The notes under the pieces: model-generated
Databases searched by the model: none
Told to the model about the DNA's origin: nothing
Seen by the model: only the letters and a program-made list of their open reading frames with translations
In this document: positions 42,328 through 56,040 of the stretch, one piece after another
Layout: each line of letters opens with the position of its first letter
Numbering within the stretch: position 1 is the stretch's first letter
Assembly (NCBI GenBank): GCA_964016885.1
Contig: OZ024741.1
Coordinates: 266,848,001-266,912,000 of the forward strand
From: Eledone cirrhosa
Taxonomy: Eukaryota
Reading direction: 5' to 3'
Length of the DNA: 64,000 nt
Made by a program: the position numbers and the translations under genes

Positions 42328-43255
42328 TATACAAACATTGCTCATTGAAGTGTTTCAGTATTTCATTGTGTGCCTTACAAGTAATGTAGTGGAAAAATAC
42401 ATATATCTCTTACTAAATTGTTTATTATTTCAGGTCACATAGCAACATACCTTGTTTTACATGTTCTACATATGTCTGTAACCCATAAATTATAATTAAT
42501 GGTGATCTCCACGATGAAAGCCCCCAGTACACTCTGTAAAGTTGTTGGGGATAAAAAGAATATCGATCCGTCGAAAACCTGTCAAACAAACATTTGAGGA
42601 GGACTTTTCATTTGTCACAGACATGACAAACTCTTTAGTGTAGGTGATATACATAAATGACCACCCAGTATACTTTGTAAAGTGGTTGGTGATAGGAAGA
42701 GCATCCAGCCATAGAAAACGTGTCAAACAAAGGATCAGGAGGACTCTTCAGTCATAGACATGACAACCTCCTTAGTGTTGGTGATTTGCAAAATAAGGGA
42801 TCACCCAGTACACTTTGTAAAGTGGTTGGTTATAGGAAGAGCATCGAGCTGTTGAAAACCTATAAAAAGGTCAGGAGATCTTTTCAGTTGTGTCAAAGAC
42901 ATGACAGCTTCCTTAGTGTTGGTGCCATGATAAAATGCATTTGATTGAGTGTGGGATCATCAGTGGCTCAACTTAAGTACTTACCAGTCTGTGACAGCAT
43001 GTCCAACCCTTGATAGCATCACATTCAAAATTAAAGTATTTACTCTAATACAGCATTTTTTCACAACAATCTGTTCACTAGTAAAAATACTATATTTTTT
43101 AATTAACAAACCAGCTTTTAAATATTTTCTACTAAATCATTACAGGATTTATGAGTCGAAATGCTTCTTTATTGTCTGTGATTAAAGTTAAAACTAACTT
43201 CACTTCACCTTCTCTCACTCTCTCTCTCTCTCTTTCATGTGCAGGTGGCAGCAGT

Positions 43256-43531
43256 ATGAGCAATGTGCATCACCCTCGGCGGCGCAAGCGACGGCCTATG
43301 AACGGTGTTAAAACAGTGGATGTTATCCGTGGCACTCTGGGCTATGGTTTCACTATCTCTGGTCAGAGCCCCTGCACCCTCAGTTGTATTGTAAGTGGCA
43401 GCCCTGCTGAAGCCATTGGACTGAAACCTGGTGACTTCCTGCTTGCTGTTAATGGTGAGAATGTATCTAAAGCTCCACATGATGAAGTTGTACGCATGAT
43501 TGGCACCTCAGTAGGGACCCTCACTCTACAA
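43256..43531 (+). CDS. RGS12: RGS12/loco-like regulator of G-protein signalling, coding exon 1 (PDZ domain)
   Basis: Polypyrimidine tract and AG acceptor at 43243-43244, ATG at 43256, GTAAGT donor at 43532, 92 codons in phase 0. MSNVHHPRRRKRR...GTLGYGFTISGQSPCTLSCIVSGSPAEAIGLKPGDFLLAVNGENVSKAPHDEVVRMI is a PDZ domain with a GYGF loop. An upstream non-coding exon is implied but was not located. Confidence 0.9.
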
Positions 43532-44463
43532 GTAAGTTGTCGTCATTATTTTTCTTTGTTATTTATTTAACACCAGATCATGATGATCATCATTTTACAT
43601 CTGATTTCCCTGCTAGCATGGGTTGGACATGTCATGAGCCAAAACTAAGCAGATTAGGAAACCCAAGTTTTATTTACTAAATTCCATCTGGGGCTTGGTT
43701 TCTACAGCCAAACACTCTTTTAATACTAACCACTTTACTAGGTAGGTTGGGTGCATTTTATTGTGATACCAGCATTACCACTTTACAGAGTGTACTGGGT
43801 GTATTTTATAGTGGTACCAGCACTAACAGCTTACAAAATGAACTAGGTTCCAACACTAACACTTTATAAATCGTACAGGCCGCCTTTTATCATGGCACCA
43901 GCACTACCACTTAGTGTACTGGGTGTATTTTATGAATGAGGAGGAAAGGAAAGCCAGGAGATTGGTGAGGGTGTGTTCAGAAGTAGGAGTGAAATAGAGA
44001 AGCTTGTCATAGGGCCCTCACCATAAGGCTAACCCCTCCTTTAGCAGGATAAAATGGCCTTAAAATGATTATTGCTGGATTGATCAGATCTATGATGAAT
44101 GTTCCAGCCATGACAGTCATGTCTTTTTAAAGGTGTATAGGACTACATTATCCAATGTGTCCTTTCTTTTTCTTAAGACAGTAGGGTGTGATTTGAGGGA
44201 GATTTAGCTACTATTTCTAGCAGGCTGATCTGTTACTATAATCTCTTATTTGTTGAAAGTAGAGAGAAAGGAAGATAATTAGTTACATGGGCTCATAAAT
44301 AAATAAACTTTTGCTTAAATGGACAAAACAAACACACACACATAACATCTACACAGTTTCTGCCTACCCAGTTTACTCACAAAGCATTAGTTGTGCTGGG
44401 GCTAAAGTGAAAAACACTGGCCTAAGTTAATCACACAGCCATGCCTGCACCTGTGTTACTTAA

Positions 44464-44901
44464 CTCTTTTGATACTAACTGGACTGAAATTACCCCTCGT
44501 TCTATGATGCTGAGCTGTTTATTTAAGGTGTTCTTGTTATCTAAAAAACCTTTCAGCTTAATTTTCTATAAGAACCTTTATGTTCCAAACACTATCTTAA
44601 TAATGAGAAAGTTTATTAAATATTACTAAATCATTGAAAATCCTTGGTTATCTTCAAAATTATCTGAACATTTTAGGCAGTGTATTTCATTAGAAATATG
44701 AAAGGGTTAAAGGGTTTATATTTATCTAAAAACCTCACATCATAATTTTATGTAAGAACTTTTGTTATATTCCAAAGGCCAACTTAATGATGAGAAAGTT
44801 TATTATATTACAAAATCATTGCATATCCTTGATTATCTTAAAAATTATCTGAACATTATAGGCAGTGTATTTCATTAGAAATATCGTAATGAAACGGTTA
44901 A
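44464..44901. mobile_element. Tandem copies of an AT-rich piggyBac-like MITE family
   Basis: Two ~190-bp related units, each ending GAAA(G/C)GGTTAA. Relatives at about 51770, 52180, 54650-54910 and 56440-56890. Confidence 0.55.
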
Positions 44902-44930
44902 TAATATATCATGTTTCTTTCTTTCTGCAG

Positions 44931-46961
44931 GTGGCTGAAAATGTAAATACCTCTGATTCTTCAGATGATGATATTCCACAAAGACAGAAGTTCCGACATC
45001 CGAATCGTTTAAGAACTCGACAAGCTGGAGGAAACCGAGTGTTGAAAGACTACAACTCTCAACCACTGGAACAGGTCAACGAATTGCAGAAAATTGCTTC
45101 CAAAAAGAAAGCACAGAGTTCTGAAAATTTACACTCAGATGCTCATCTTAAACAGAAGCCCCCAATTGGTGCTGGAAGACGAAATGTTTGGGACCAAGAA
45201 AATACGGGTTTTGTAATGCAGGAACCTAATCTAGCTTTTAGAAATGTGTATTTAAACTCCCGTAGCTCACACTTCAATAATGTCCAGAAGGTAGACAGTA
45301 CTGACTGGGTCCAGAAAACCGTGACAAACCCAGCTGATAGTCAGTGTTCTTCAAATGCAGAGCTTTCCAACAGGTTGCATGCAACGAGGAGTTCTCGCAG
45401 TGGAAGGCAGTCTGCTCCATGTAACATTGCAATGTCTGTCGATGCTGAAGAATCTGAGGAAGAACGGTCCTTCCAGTTTGACCCAAATGCTGACAAGCAC
45501 TTTGTTGTGGGCTATGTTGGGACCATTGAGATGCCCGGTGACAAAAACTCCCAACATGCTCGCTTGCAATCGTTTCACAGTGCAGTACGCAGGTTGCGAC
45601 TGGAAAAGAAGATTCACACACTTGTTGCTCTGACAATTTCTGGACATGGTGTGAAACTGACCAATGCAGTGCGGAAGATATTGGCTGTGTATCCTGTACA
45701 TCGGATTGCATTCTGTGGCATCTGCCCTGACGATAACCTTTATTTCGGTATCGTAACGTCAAATTGTTCTGATGATGTAAATGAGTCAATAAAACTGGAA
45801 TACGACCCCAGTTTCTCTTGTCATGTTTTTAAAATAAACACTGACATCCAGGCGCATTACATGCATGCTCAGAAAGCTCGTGTCTTTCAGTTTGAATGCA
45901 CCCGTAGCCAAGATTTGCGCCATTGCTATGAGTTTCCACAAACTGCTCTACCAGTAATTAAACCAATCTCTTCTCTTTATAGAGATAGACGCAACAGTAA
46001 AGACTATTTTCCCATCACCCAAGTATTTAATGAACCATCTGTCACTCCATCTCAGAATGTTGCCATTAACAACAGTAGCAGTAGTAGCAGTAGCAGCTGC
46101 AGTAATAGTGACAGCGGGCTTGGTTTTGGAAGGGATGATTCTCGTAATGAAGCTGTTTTTGTGGTCGACATGAACCAGTTGCCTAATGAACACCAAGATA
46201 GAATTGTTAACTGTAATAACAATAGTAGTAATAGTAGTAGTAGTAATAATAGACATACACCATCTTCAATGTCTCTCCAGCAACATTTGTCTCCCTCTGT
46301 CGATATAATACCTACCCCACAATCTGCTTTTCGTTCTACTAATGCTACAAACACTCACGTACAGACCAAAATCACCTCCAATAATGAAGACCCAAAACAA
46401 GGTCGTTTGACTCTAAGGGCTATGCCAGATCCTGTCATGGAGTTACCCTCCCATTTTGAGCAGACAAACTGCAGCAACGTGAAAGGTATGAATTCTTCAT
46501 TACCTGCTGACCAAAATACTAGCATTCTGTCGTATAAGTACCGCTCCAAACAGTGTGTTGAACACAGATCTCGAAGCCGAGAAACGGTTTCCAAAATGAG
46601 CTCCGCTAACCAGCGAGTGTCTTCAGTGGAATGTAAGGCTGAGTCACGTCCACTATCGGCTCCTTATCACCAACTTTCCACTGGGAAACTCTCTGTTGCC
46701 ACCTGTCCTTCAAATACTGATTCTCTTGATGACAAACTGAGCCCCAGAGCTACTCCTTTTAATTCCAAGTTCAAAATTAGGTCACCATCGGCGCCTCCAC
46801 CAGGCTGTGTTACTATTGAAGACTCTGAATTTGAGCAGAATGTCCGACGCCCCCTGGAGGAAATATTTGCAATATTTGACCGTGACCGAAATTCAGAAGC
46901 TTCTTCTGAATCGGAGACTGTCCGGAGATTCTCAGAGGGATTTGCCACAAAGATGACCAAG
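44931..46961 (+). CDS. RGS12: RGS12/loco-like, coding exon 2 (end of PDZ, PTB/PID domain, Ser/Asn-rich linker)
   Basis: tttctttctgcag acceptor ends at 44930 and GTAGGC donor starts at 46962; 2031 nt = 677 codons, phase 0. TLTLQ|VAE completes the last PDZ strand. VVGYVGTIEMP...RIAFCGICPDDNLYFGIVT...SCHVF is PTB-like, and SNSDSGLG resembles the conserved RGS12 motif. Confidence 0.92.
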
Positions 46962-47572
46962 GTAGGCTACAGATTGTGTATTTTGTCTGTTTTCAATTGA
47001 CCTGTAAATTTGTGGGTGTTAGGACGGGCATCAAGTTATAGAAATCAAGACTCTCCACTAAAAAAAAAAGTGTTAAGAGGACTTTGGTGTCACACAGCTT
47101 ACCTATGGAACTTTCTTCCAGCTTCTTGTTTTCCTGACCACTACAATTTCCAAAAATTCAAATGCAACATCAATCGTCATCATCTCTCTCCTTGATAATG
47201 TTCCCTCTGTTTTTTCCTTTTCTCTTCTCAGTAATCCCTTGCATTTTAGTGTCTTTATTGTCTTACTTGGGATGAGTAAATAAAAAAAAAAGATAACAAC
47301 CTCCCATGATTTCTGTATATAATAAATTCTTTCAATATATCTGGGTTCTAATAATGATAATAGTAAATAAATTTTAGAAATCAAAACACCCAAGAGCTAT
47401 TCAGTGTAGTCAAAAGAGCTGTATGTTGCTCCCTAAAAACAAGTTCCTGACCCCTGCTCTGAAACATCCAAAATAAAAGTAAGTTTGGGTCAATTTCTCC
47501 TATCTCTCCTCTTACTACAGCTTATATTTTTATTAACATATTATGTTATATTATTATCAACATATATTATTA

Positions 47573-48860
47573 GGGCAGTATATTATTGGCAGAGTCGTTA
47601 GAACATCACTATATTATTGGCAGAGTCGTTAGAACATCACTATATTATTGGCAGAGTCGTTAGAACATCACTATATTATTGGCAGAGTCGTTAGAACGTC
47701 ACTATATTATTGGCAGAGTCGTTAGAACGTCACTATATTATTGGCAGTCGTTAGAACATCAGTATATTATTGGCAGAGTCGTTAGAACGTCAGTATATTA
47801 TTGGCAGAGTTGTTAGAACATCACTATATTATTGGCAGAGTCGTTAGAACGTCACTATATTATTGGCAGAGTCGTTAGAACATCACTATATTATTGGCAG
47901 AGTCGTTAGAACGTCACTATATTATTGGCAGAGTCGTTAGAACGTCACTATATTATTGGCAGAGTCGTTAGAACATCACTATATTATTGGCAGAGTCGTT
48001 AGAACGTCAGTACTTTATTGGCAGAGTCGTTAGAACGTCAGTACTTTAATGGCAGTCGTTAGAACATCACTATATTATTGGCAGTCATTAGAACATCAGT
48101 ATATTATTGGCAGAGTCGTTAGAACATCACTATATTATTGGCAGAGTCGTTAGAACGTCAGTACTTTATTGGCAGTTGTTAGAACATCACTATATTATTG
48201 GCAGTCGTTAGAACATCACTATATTATTGGCAGAGTCGTTAGAACATCACTATATTATTGGCAGAGTCATTAGAACATCAGTATATTATTGGCAGAGTCG
48301 TTAGAACATCACTATATTATTGGCAGTCGTTAGAACATCACTATATTATTGGCAGAGTCGTTAGAACATCACTATATTATTGGCAGAGTCGTTAGAACGT
48401 CACTACATTATTGGCAGAGTCGTTAGAACGTCAGTATATTATTGGCAGAGTCGTTAGAACATCACTATATTATTGGCAGAGTCGTTAGAATGTCAGTATA
48501 TTATTGGCAGAGTCGTTAGAACATCACTATATTATTGGCAGTCGTTAGAACATCACTATATTATTGGCAGAGTCGTTAGAACATCACTATATTATTGGCA
48601 GAGTCGTTAGAACATCACTATATTATTGGCAGAGTCGTTAGAACATCAGTATATTATTGGCAGAGTCGTTAGAACATCACTATATTATTGGCAGTCATTA
48701 GAACATCACTATATTATTGGCAGAGTCGTTAGAACATTGGATAGGATGCTTTGCGGTATTTGTTCCAGCTTTTTGCTCTCTGAGTTCAAATCCCACCAGG
48801 GTCAACTTTGCTTTTCATCCTTTCAAGGTATAAAAAAGTACCAATCTAGTTGTGGTGTTG
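47573..48860 (+). mobile_element. Family A SINE whose head contains a 31-bp tandem array (47579-48737, about 37 units)
   Basis: Unit TATATTATTGGCAGAGTCGTTAGAACATCAC. The array runs straight into the SINE body GGATGCTTTGCGGTATTTG...GAGTTCAAATCCCACC. Confidence 0.9.
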
Positions 48861-49345
48861 ATTCTTTATATTTCTATATCTCTTTCTCACCTCCTCTCTC
48901 TTACTTTCTGGAAAAAATCTACTGTATTCAGACCTGGATAGGGATGGACTCCGCCAAGTTTTAAAATGCCCTAGAAATGCTGTATGCCACTATGGCATCC
49001 CTACGACTCCTTCGGGTGTTACGGGACCATACCATTATATTATTATTAGATCAGTGGAATGACAGTATTAGTAGAGAGTCAGATAAACTGCTTTGCGGTA
49101 TTTAATTACAACTTTCTACATTCTGTATTCAGATCCTACTGAGGTCAATTTTGTCTTTTATCCTTCCAGGGTTGATAAAATAAAGTACCTGTTAAGTAAT
49201 GGGGTCAATATATTCAACTTTCCCCTTCCCCCAAATTGCTGGTCTTGTGCCAATGTCAGGAGAAAGAATTATTATATTTCTTATTAATTAATATATATTA
49301 GTTTTTCTTTAATTAAATATTTAATTAATGTTCTGTTTATTCCAG

Positions 49346-49450
49346 GCTGATTCTAAACCACCTATTAATAGTGGTACTAGTGCTCATAAGTGGAAGAAAG
49401 TAGGATCCTTTCGAAGACCAAAAATATCCAAACTCAGTCATTCGCATGAG
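49346..49450 (+). CDS. RGS12: RGS12/loco-like, coding exon 3 (not in ORF track)
   Basis: ttctgtttattccag acceptor and GTTTGT donor flank 105 open nt in phase 0: ADSKPPINSGTSAHKWKKVGSFRRPKISKLSHSHE. It joins in frame to SLVAT of the next exon. Confidence 0.75.
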
Positions 49451-49598
49451 GTTTGTATTTAAAAACCTATTACCAATATTATAATAATGAAAATATTGTG
49501 TACTGTGCTCAGGTGCACTACAACAGACTGTAAGATTCAGTCAAACTTAGTTAAATTGACAGGCCAAACTGTGTAAGGTGATAGACATGCATACTTAA

Positions 49599-49791
49599 CT
49601 CTTTAGCATTTAAACTAGCCATATCCATCCAGAATTTTCTCACCAGCTGTAACTGGCCACTCATAGTGATGTTAAGGTATTGTTCTCAAAATAAATATCA
49701 AAATCTCATAGATTCAATATTATGTGAGGTAAGGCCTTTACAGTGAAAATATAATAGTAAATATAGTGTAATGTAAATAAATGCTAAAGGG
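49599..49791. mobile_element. piggyBac-like MITE
   Basis: TTAA|CTCTTTAGCATTTA...TAAATGCTAAAGGG|TTAA: TIRs with a TTAA target duplication. Confidence 0.75.
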
Positions 49792-49984
49792 TTAATGAGA
49801 AAAGGGAGTATGAACATAATCAGTACCTGTAACTTCTGTGAAGGTTCATGGCTTAGTGGTGAGGATATTGAACTTACAATCATAGCATTGTTGGTTAAAT
49901 TGCTCAACCGGGCAGTGTGTTGTGTTCTTCAGCAAGACTATTTATTTCATGTTGCTTTTCATGATATGATTGTAGTCCCTATAT

Positions 49985-50380
49985 TTAAAGCACCCAAGAA
50001 ATTTCAAATGAGATACCTCGTGGGAAAGGCCAGCTAAATCTACATAGGTATGAGCTGTAACACCAATGAGACAGGACAGAGACTTCCTGTCATTAAAACA
50101 CCCAATTAATCTCTTATGAGATACCTTGTGGGAGGGGCTCAGCTAAACCTACAAAGGTATGAGCTGTAACACCAACATGAGAGGACAGGGGACCCCCTAC
50201 CATTAAAACACCCAATTAATTTTGTATAGATACATCCTCTGAGGAGGCTAGCTAAGCCTACAAAGGTATGAGCTGTAACATCAGCATGACAAGACAAGGG
50301 CGCCCTGTCATTAAAACACCCAAGAAATCTCGTATGAGATACATCTATGTAGGAGGCTAGCTAAACCTAAGGAAATGAGC
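49985..50380. repeat. 109-bp tandem repeat, about 3.5 diverged units
   Basis: GGTATGAGCTGTAAC at 50047, 50156 and 50265. Confidence 0.85.
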
Positions 50381-51216
50381 TACGGTCAGACCCGAGAGGA
50401 AAAGGCACAGCACTGCCAGGTTTAAAATTCCCAATACATGTCATATGTCATGGTGGTTCCTGTGTGTCTCTATTAGAAGTTCTGAGAGCAGTGATCAGTA
50501 TGTGTGTATGTCAGTCACTTCAAATGTGGCATCAGCAATGCCATCGTAACATTTATGTCCCTTATAACCTTATAAACAATATACCCGGCTGTCAACAATA
50601 TATACCATATTTAAAATAAAGTATGGGTTGGCATCAGGATCGGGGAGGGTATCCAGTTGAAGAAAGCCTGGTTCAAAATGTCTCCTCCAGTCCATGTAGG
50701 GATAGAAACCTGAACTGGAAAAATGATGATGATGATGGCAGAGGTGGCATAAAAACAACATTCCTGCCAAACTAGTCAGGCCTCAGCATGTCTCACCTCG
50801 CTTCTCTTATCTCTCTCCTTTTTGCAAATGATATATCCCTTGCATTATATATATAGGTCTCTCTCTCTCTCTCTCTCTCTCTCTGCTTTCTTGATGAATG
50901 AAACAGTTCTAGTCTTGTAGAAGTCATTTCTATAATAAAATGAATATATATATATAAACCTTGGGTTGTCTAGGTGTATGTATGAATGAATGTCACATAG
51001 TAAGCCTATAATACACACTGTTTACTCTCCAGCTGTCTATCTATATTTTATGATCTACTCCTTCAGGTGTAGCTTCAGCTTAGGTTGTCAAACATCACAC
51101 CATACTGTGTCCTACAATTGTTTCTATAAAATAAACATACTCACCATGTTGTTGTTGTTGTATCTACATTTTTGGGGTGGTTTATTGGATTACTAGTTCA
51201 ACCAAATATTGAAATA

Positions 51217-51526
51217 CAGTGGAACCTTGGTTCACAAAAGCCTCTCATCATGAACAATTTTTCCTAACATAGAACGTTTTGGATTACAAACAATGTCTCA
51301 AGTAAAGAACGTGCAAGCCAGCAACAACGGTTGGTGACAAGCTGGGAGTATCGGTGGGAAAGGGCCACTTGCTGTGTAGTTAGTTACTAGGGTGATATCT
51401 ATCTGTCTTTCACACTCTTTCTCTCCTGCTATATTTTGTATGGGAAAAATAGTTTCAGTTTACAAGCATTTCAGGTGACAAACAGCCTTCAGGAACGAAT
51501 TAAGTTAATGAACCGAAGTTCCACTG
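51217..51526. mobile_element. pogo/Tigger-like MITE
   Basis: TA|CAGTGGAACCTTGGTTCA...TGAACCGAAGTTCCACTG|TA. Confidence 0.8.
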
Positions 51527-52565
51527 TATAATTAATATTTAATCTCTAATTAGACTAATTAGAAAAGTGGCAAACTCTCCTGCATTTAACCATTAAATTA
51601 CCATATTTTATTAATGAAAGACGCTGCATTTGATTTTCAATTAATTTGAAAATAATCAGTCTCGGAAAGATTTAGTAATATTTATTTATCCAGCATTTGG
51701 AACATAACTTAACAAAGGTGCTTCCATAAAATTAGGATTGAAGGTTTTTAAATAAATATAAACACTTTAACCCTTTCATTTTCATAGATTTTCAATTAAT
51801 ATTGGAAAGAATTATTAAAATACATTTCTCATTACTAAGTTGGTGTTTAGAGAATAACTTAAAGGTTTTTATGTAAAATAATGAGGGATGGTTTTTTTAA
51901 AAATAAATATAGACATTTTTAAAGAAGGAATTTTGTATCATGGAACAGTTTCAGTCAGTTTGGTATTGAATATTACATGAATATTTCCAATGTAAACAAA
52001 TGTTGTCACAGAGTTTAGATGACCTGAAGTATGAGGTTCTTGTATGTCAGACTAATTGTAACTGTCAGTATGAGATATGAGAGAGATAATCGGTAGGGTA
52101 TGGGTAGGATTACATGCTACCACCTGTTGGATGGGTGAAAGCCAAGCTGGAGATTATCTTAGTTTTCATGTGGCATTTAACCCTTTCGTGGCAGCATTTC
52201 TAATGAAATTCACTCTATTTTTATTTAATTAATAAAGAGTTTTGAGGAATCTATGAAATGATTACTTCATTACTAAGTCAGTAAATAAAATTGTTAGAAG
52301 ATTTTAATTTAAATAAGTACCTTTTAAAAGTGATATAGAGTGATTATTACACTGTACACACATACACAAATATGTATATATATATATATATATATACATA
52401 TTTGAGTGTGTGTACACAAAAGGAAAACAGAAATATCAAAGCAAACATGAAGAAATATATTAGTTTCACACTTGATATAGTAGGAAAAGAATCTTATAAA
52501 CATCATCCTTATTTTTACATCTGTTATTCTACATAATAGAAATGTTTTATTTTGTCTTGTTTCAG

Positions 52566-52751
52566 TCATTGGTTGCAACTGGAAATGATGGTCTAATCTC
52601 TGAAAAGCTAGGTACAGCCAACAGTATCAACAGTATTGTAAACCACGACGATGGCACTGATGGTTCTGGGAGGCAGGTGAGCAGAGTGGCTGCCTGGGCT
52701 GTCAGTTTCAACCGACTTCTAGAAGATCCTGCTGGTGTGGAAGTATTCACA
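52566..52751 (+). CDS. RGS12: RGS12/loco-like, coding exon 4 (start of RGS domain)
   Basis: ttgtttcag acceptor and GTAAGT donor, 62 codons in phase 0. VSRVAAWAVSFNRLLEDPAGVEVFT matches the RGS helix 1-3 pattern W..SF..LL.DP.G...F. Confidence 0.92.
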
Positions 52752-52904
52752 GTAAGTTATTGATAACATCATTTTACGTTTGCTTTTCATGTTGGCATGG
52801 GTTGGACAGGTTGTCATGGTCCGAGACGAGACCTGGTCAGAGAATCACATTTTGTTTATACGTTTCATATTTTGGCATGGTTTCTACAACTGGATGCCAA
52901 CCAT

Positions 52905-54075
52905 TTAACAGTGTACTGAGTACATTTTATCATGGCACAAAAACTGAATGTACTGAGTACATTTTATCATGGCACAAAAACTGAATGTACTGAGTACATT
53001 TTATCATGGCACCAACACAAAATGTACTGGGTACATTTTATCATGGCACCAACACAGAATGTACTGAGTACATTTTATCATGGCACCAACACAAAATGTA
53101 CTGAGTACATTTTATCATGGCACCAACACAAAATGTACTGGGTACATTTTATCATGGCACCAACACAATGTACTGGGTACATTTTATCATGGCACCAACA
53201 CATAATGTACTGAGTACATTTTATCATGGTACCAACACAGAATGTACTGAGTACATTTTATTATGGCACCAACACAGAATGTACTGAGTACATTTTATCA
53301 TGGTACCAACACAGAATGTACTGAGTACATTTTATCATGGCACCAACACAAAATGTACTGAGTACATTTTATCATGGCACCAACACAAAATGTACTGAGT
53401 ACATTTTATCATGGCACCAACACAATGTACTGGGTACATTTTATCATGGCACCAACACATAATGTACTGAGTACATTTTATCATGGTACCAACACAGAAT
53501 GTACTGAGTACATTTTATTATGGCACCAACACAGAATGTACTGAGTACATTTTATCATGGCACCAACACAGAATGTATTGGGTACATTTTATCATGGCAC
53601 CAACACAGAATGTACTGAGTACATTTTATCATGGCACCAACACAGAATGTACTGAGTATATTTTATCAAAGCACCAGCACAAAATGTACTGAGTAGATTT
53701 TATTGTGGCACCAGCACAGAATGTACTGAGTACATTTTATCATGGCACCAACACAGAATGTACTGGGTACATTTTATCATGGCACCAACACAGAATGTAC
53801 TGAGTATATTTTATCAAAGCACCAGCACAAAATGTACTGAGTAGATTTTATCATGGCACCAACACAGAATGTACTGAGTACATTTTATCATGGTACCAAC
53901 ACAGAATGTACTGGGTACATTTTATCATGGCACCAACACAGAATGTACTGAGTACATTTTATCAAAGCACCAGCACAAAATGTACTGAGTACATTTTATT
54001 GTGGTACCAGCACAAGCACTTTACAGTGTGTACTTGGTACATTTTATTGTGGCTCAAGCATTTTACAGAGTGTAC
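52905..54075. repeat. 37-bp minisatellite derived from SINE family C
   Basis: Unit AATGTACTGAGTACATTTTATCATGGCACCAACACAG is continuous with the inverted family C copy at 52764-52910. Confidence 0.93.
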
Positions 54076-54939
54076 TGTGTGCGTCTTATGGTTCTAGCAC
54101 TTTATTATTATTGGTTGATTGGTATAATCAGTAGAGCATCGAGCAAAACTACTTTGTGGTATTTAGTTATGACTCTTTATGTTCTGAGTTCAAATCCTGA
54201 TGAGGTTATCTTTACATTTCATCCTCTCAAGGTCGGTAAAATAAAGTGCCAGTAACGTACTGGGATTGTGATGATGATCAAATTTAAAATGCCAAGTTCA
54301 CTGATAAAAGTCTTTTAAGACTGAAAATTTAGAATAAAATACTGCGTTTTATTTTATCATACGTATTGTCTGATCTTCTAAGTTATTTTAAATTCAAATA
54401 ACAGTTGATTGAACTTGTGACCTTTATGCTAACAAAAGTTTTTTCAAACACTTTATACTAACAATTGTTGAATTGGTTTTTCACTTTGTATGCAGATTTA
54501 ATTGTGTTTTGGTTTATTGCCTTTTTATTCCATCTGAGATTAATTTTCTGTCACCTCTTATCAAAATCTCAAACAAAGACAGGGCAATATAAAGCTTATA
54601 TCAGTTTAAGTTACTTGCTTTAAAAGCCTCATGGAAATAATAATGATAAGAAGAAGACTTCCATCATAATTTATGTTATGTTCCAAACACCAGCTTAATA
54701 TTAGCAAAGTTAGTTATATTACTAAATCACTCTAAAATCTTGAATATTTTCAAGATTATTTGAAAGTTATTGGTAATGTCTTTCTTTAGAAATATTATAA
54801 TGAGAGGGTTGAAGATATAGGCAGTGTTTTTCATTAGAAATATTATAATGAGAGGGTTGAAGATATAGGCAGTGTTTTTCATTAGAAATATGGTAACGAA
54901 AGGGTTTAAAAGAAGCCAAGTTAGTGGCAAGTAATGTCA

Positions 54940-55350
54940 ACCCTAAACCACTATCACCAGCATCACAACTGCTCTCACAACCACTATCACTAGTATCACC
55001 ACTGCAACTACTATCACCATCACAAACACTCCCACAACCACTGTCACCATCACTACCATCACCACAACCACTATCACTACCATCACTATTACCACCTCAA
55101 CCACAACCACCATCACCACTACTACCACCTCAACCACAACCACCATCACCACTACTACCACCTCAACCACAACCACTACCATCACCACTACTACCACCTC
55201 AACCATCACTACCTCACCTCAACCACAACCACTACCATCACCACTACTACCACCACAACCATTCCCACAATCACTATCACTACATCACCACTACTACCAC
55301 TTCAACCACTCCCACAACCATCACCACTTCCATTATCATCACTACAACCT
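54940..55350. repeat. Degenerate (CAC/CAT/CTA)n trinucleotide repeat
   Basis: C/A-rich triplet periodicity with almost no G. Confidence 0.9.
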
Positions 55351-55774
55351 CAGATCTTTTGTAAATGTTTATCTGAGAATGACAGAGACTGGGTTTCCTG
55401 CTTCCTTACTGCTATAAAACCACAGATAAAACTGTTTTTTACAATCAGAAATTAATGCCCCCCCCCCCCCCTCTCTCTCTCTCTCTCTCACACACACACA
55501 TACACCTGTATTAAAATTTAATACCAAAATATATATTATAATAACTGTTACAGTCTAACAAAAACGTTTCAAAATTTCTATCTAGAATTCTTGTGGGAGA
55601 TAGAGGCACAAATAGAATTCTTGTGGGAGATAGAGGCACAAATATTCTAAAAGGTTTTCAGTCATACCAGACATCTATGTTCTGTGTTAATGATTGTTTT
55701 CTATTTCCCTCCCCCTGTCTTTTTTTTATCTCTATCAGCAGCCTCTCAAATGAGGGTGTGGACACAATTATATT

Positions 55775-56040
55775 CACACAGTCCACACTGTAAAGTGGTT
55801 GTGTAGGTGTCACAATATAAGTACCCAGTCCACACTGTAAGGTGATTGTGTAGGTGTCACAACTAAAAGCACCCAGCCCACACTGTAAAGTGGTTGTGTA
55901 GGTGTCACAACAAAAAGCACCCAGCCCACACTGTAAAGTGTTCGCGAGTAGATGTCACAACTAAAAGCACCCAGCCCGCACTGTAAAGTGGTCATGTAGG
56001 TGTCACAACTAAAAGCTCCCAGTCCACACTGTAAAAGTGG
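55775..56040. repeat. About 48-bp tandem repeat derived from SINE family C
   Basis: CACCCAGCCCACACTGTAAAGTGGTTGTGTAGGTGTCACAACTAAAAG occurs about 5 times and runs into the family C core at 56040. Confidence 0.85.

Noticed and set aside
44875-46960. Antisense and alternative-frame ORFs over exon 2
   Set aside because: Shadow ORFs of a real coding exon, with no recognisable motifs.
54924-55364. Pro/Ser/His-rich 146-aa ORF
   Set aside because: It is a trinucleotide repeat inside the intron that splits the RGS domain. Inclusion would disrupt the domain.
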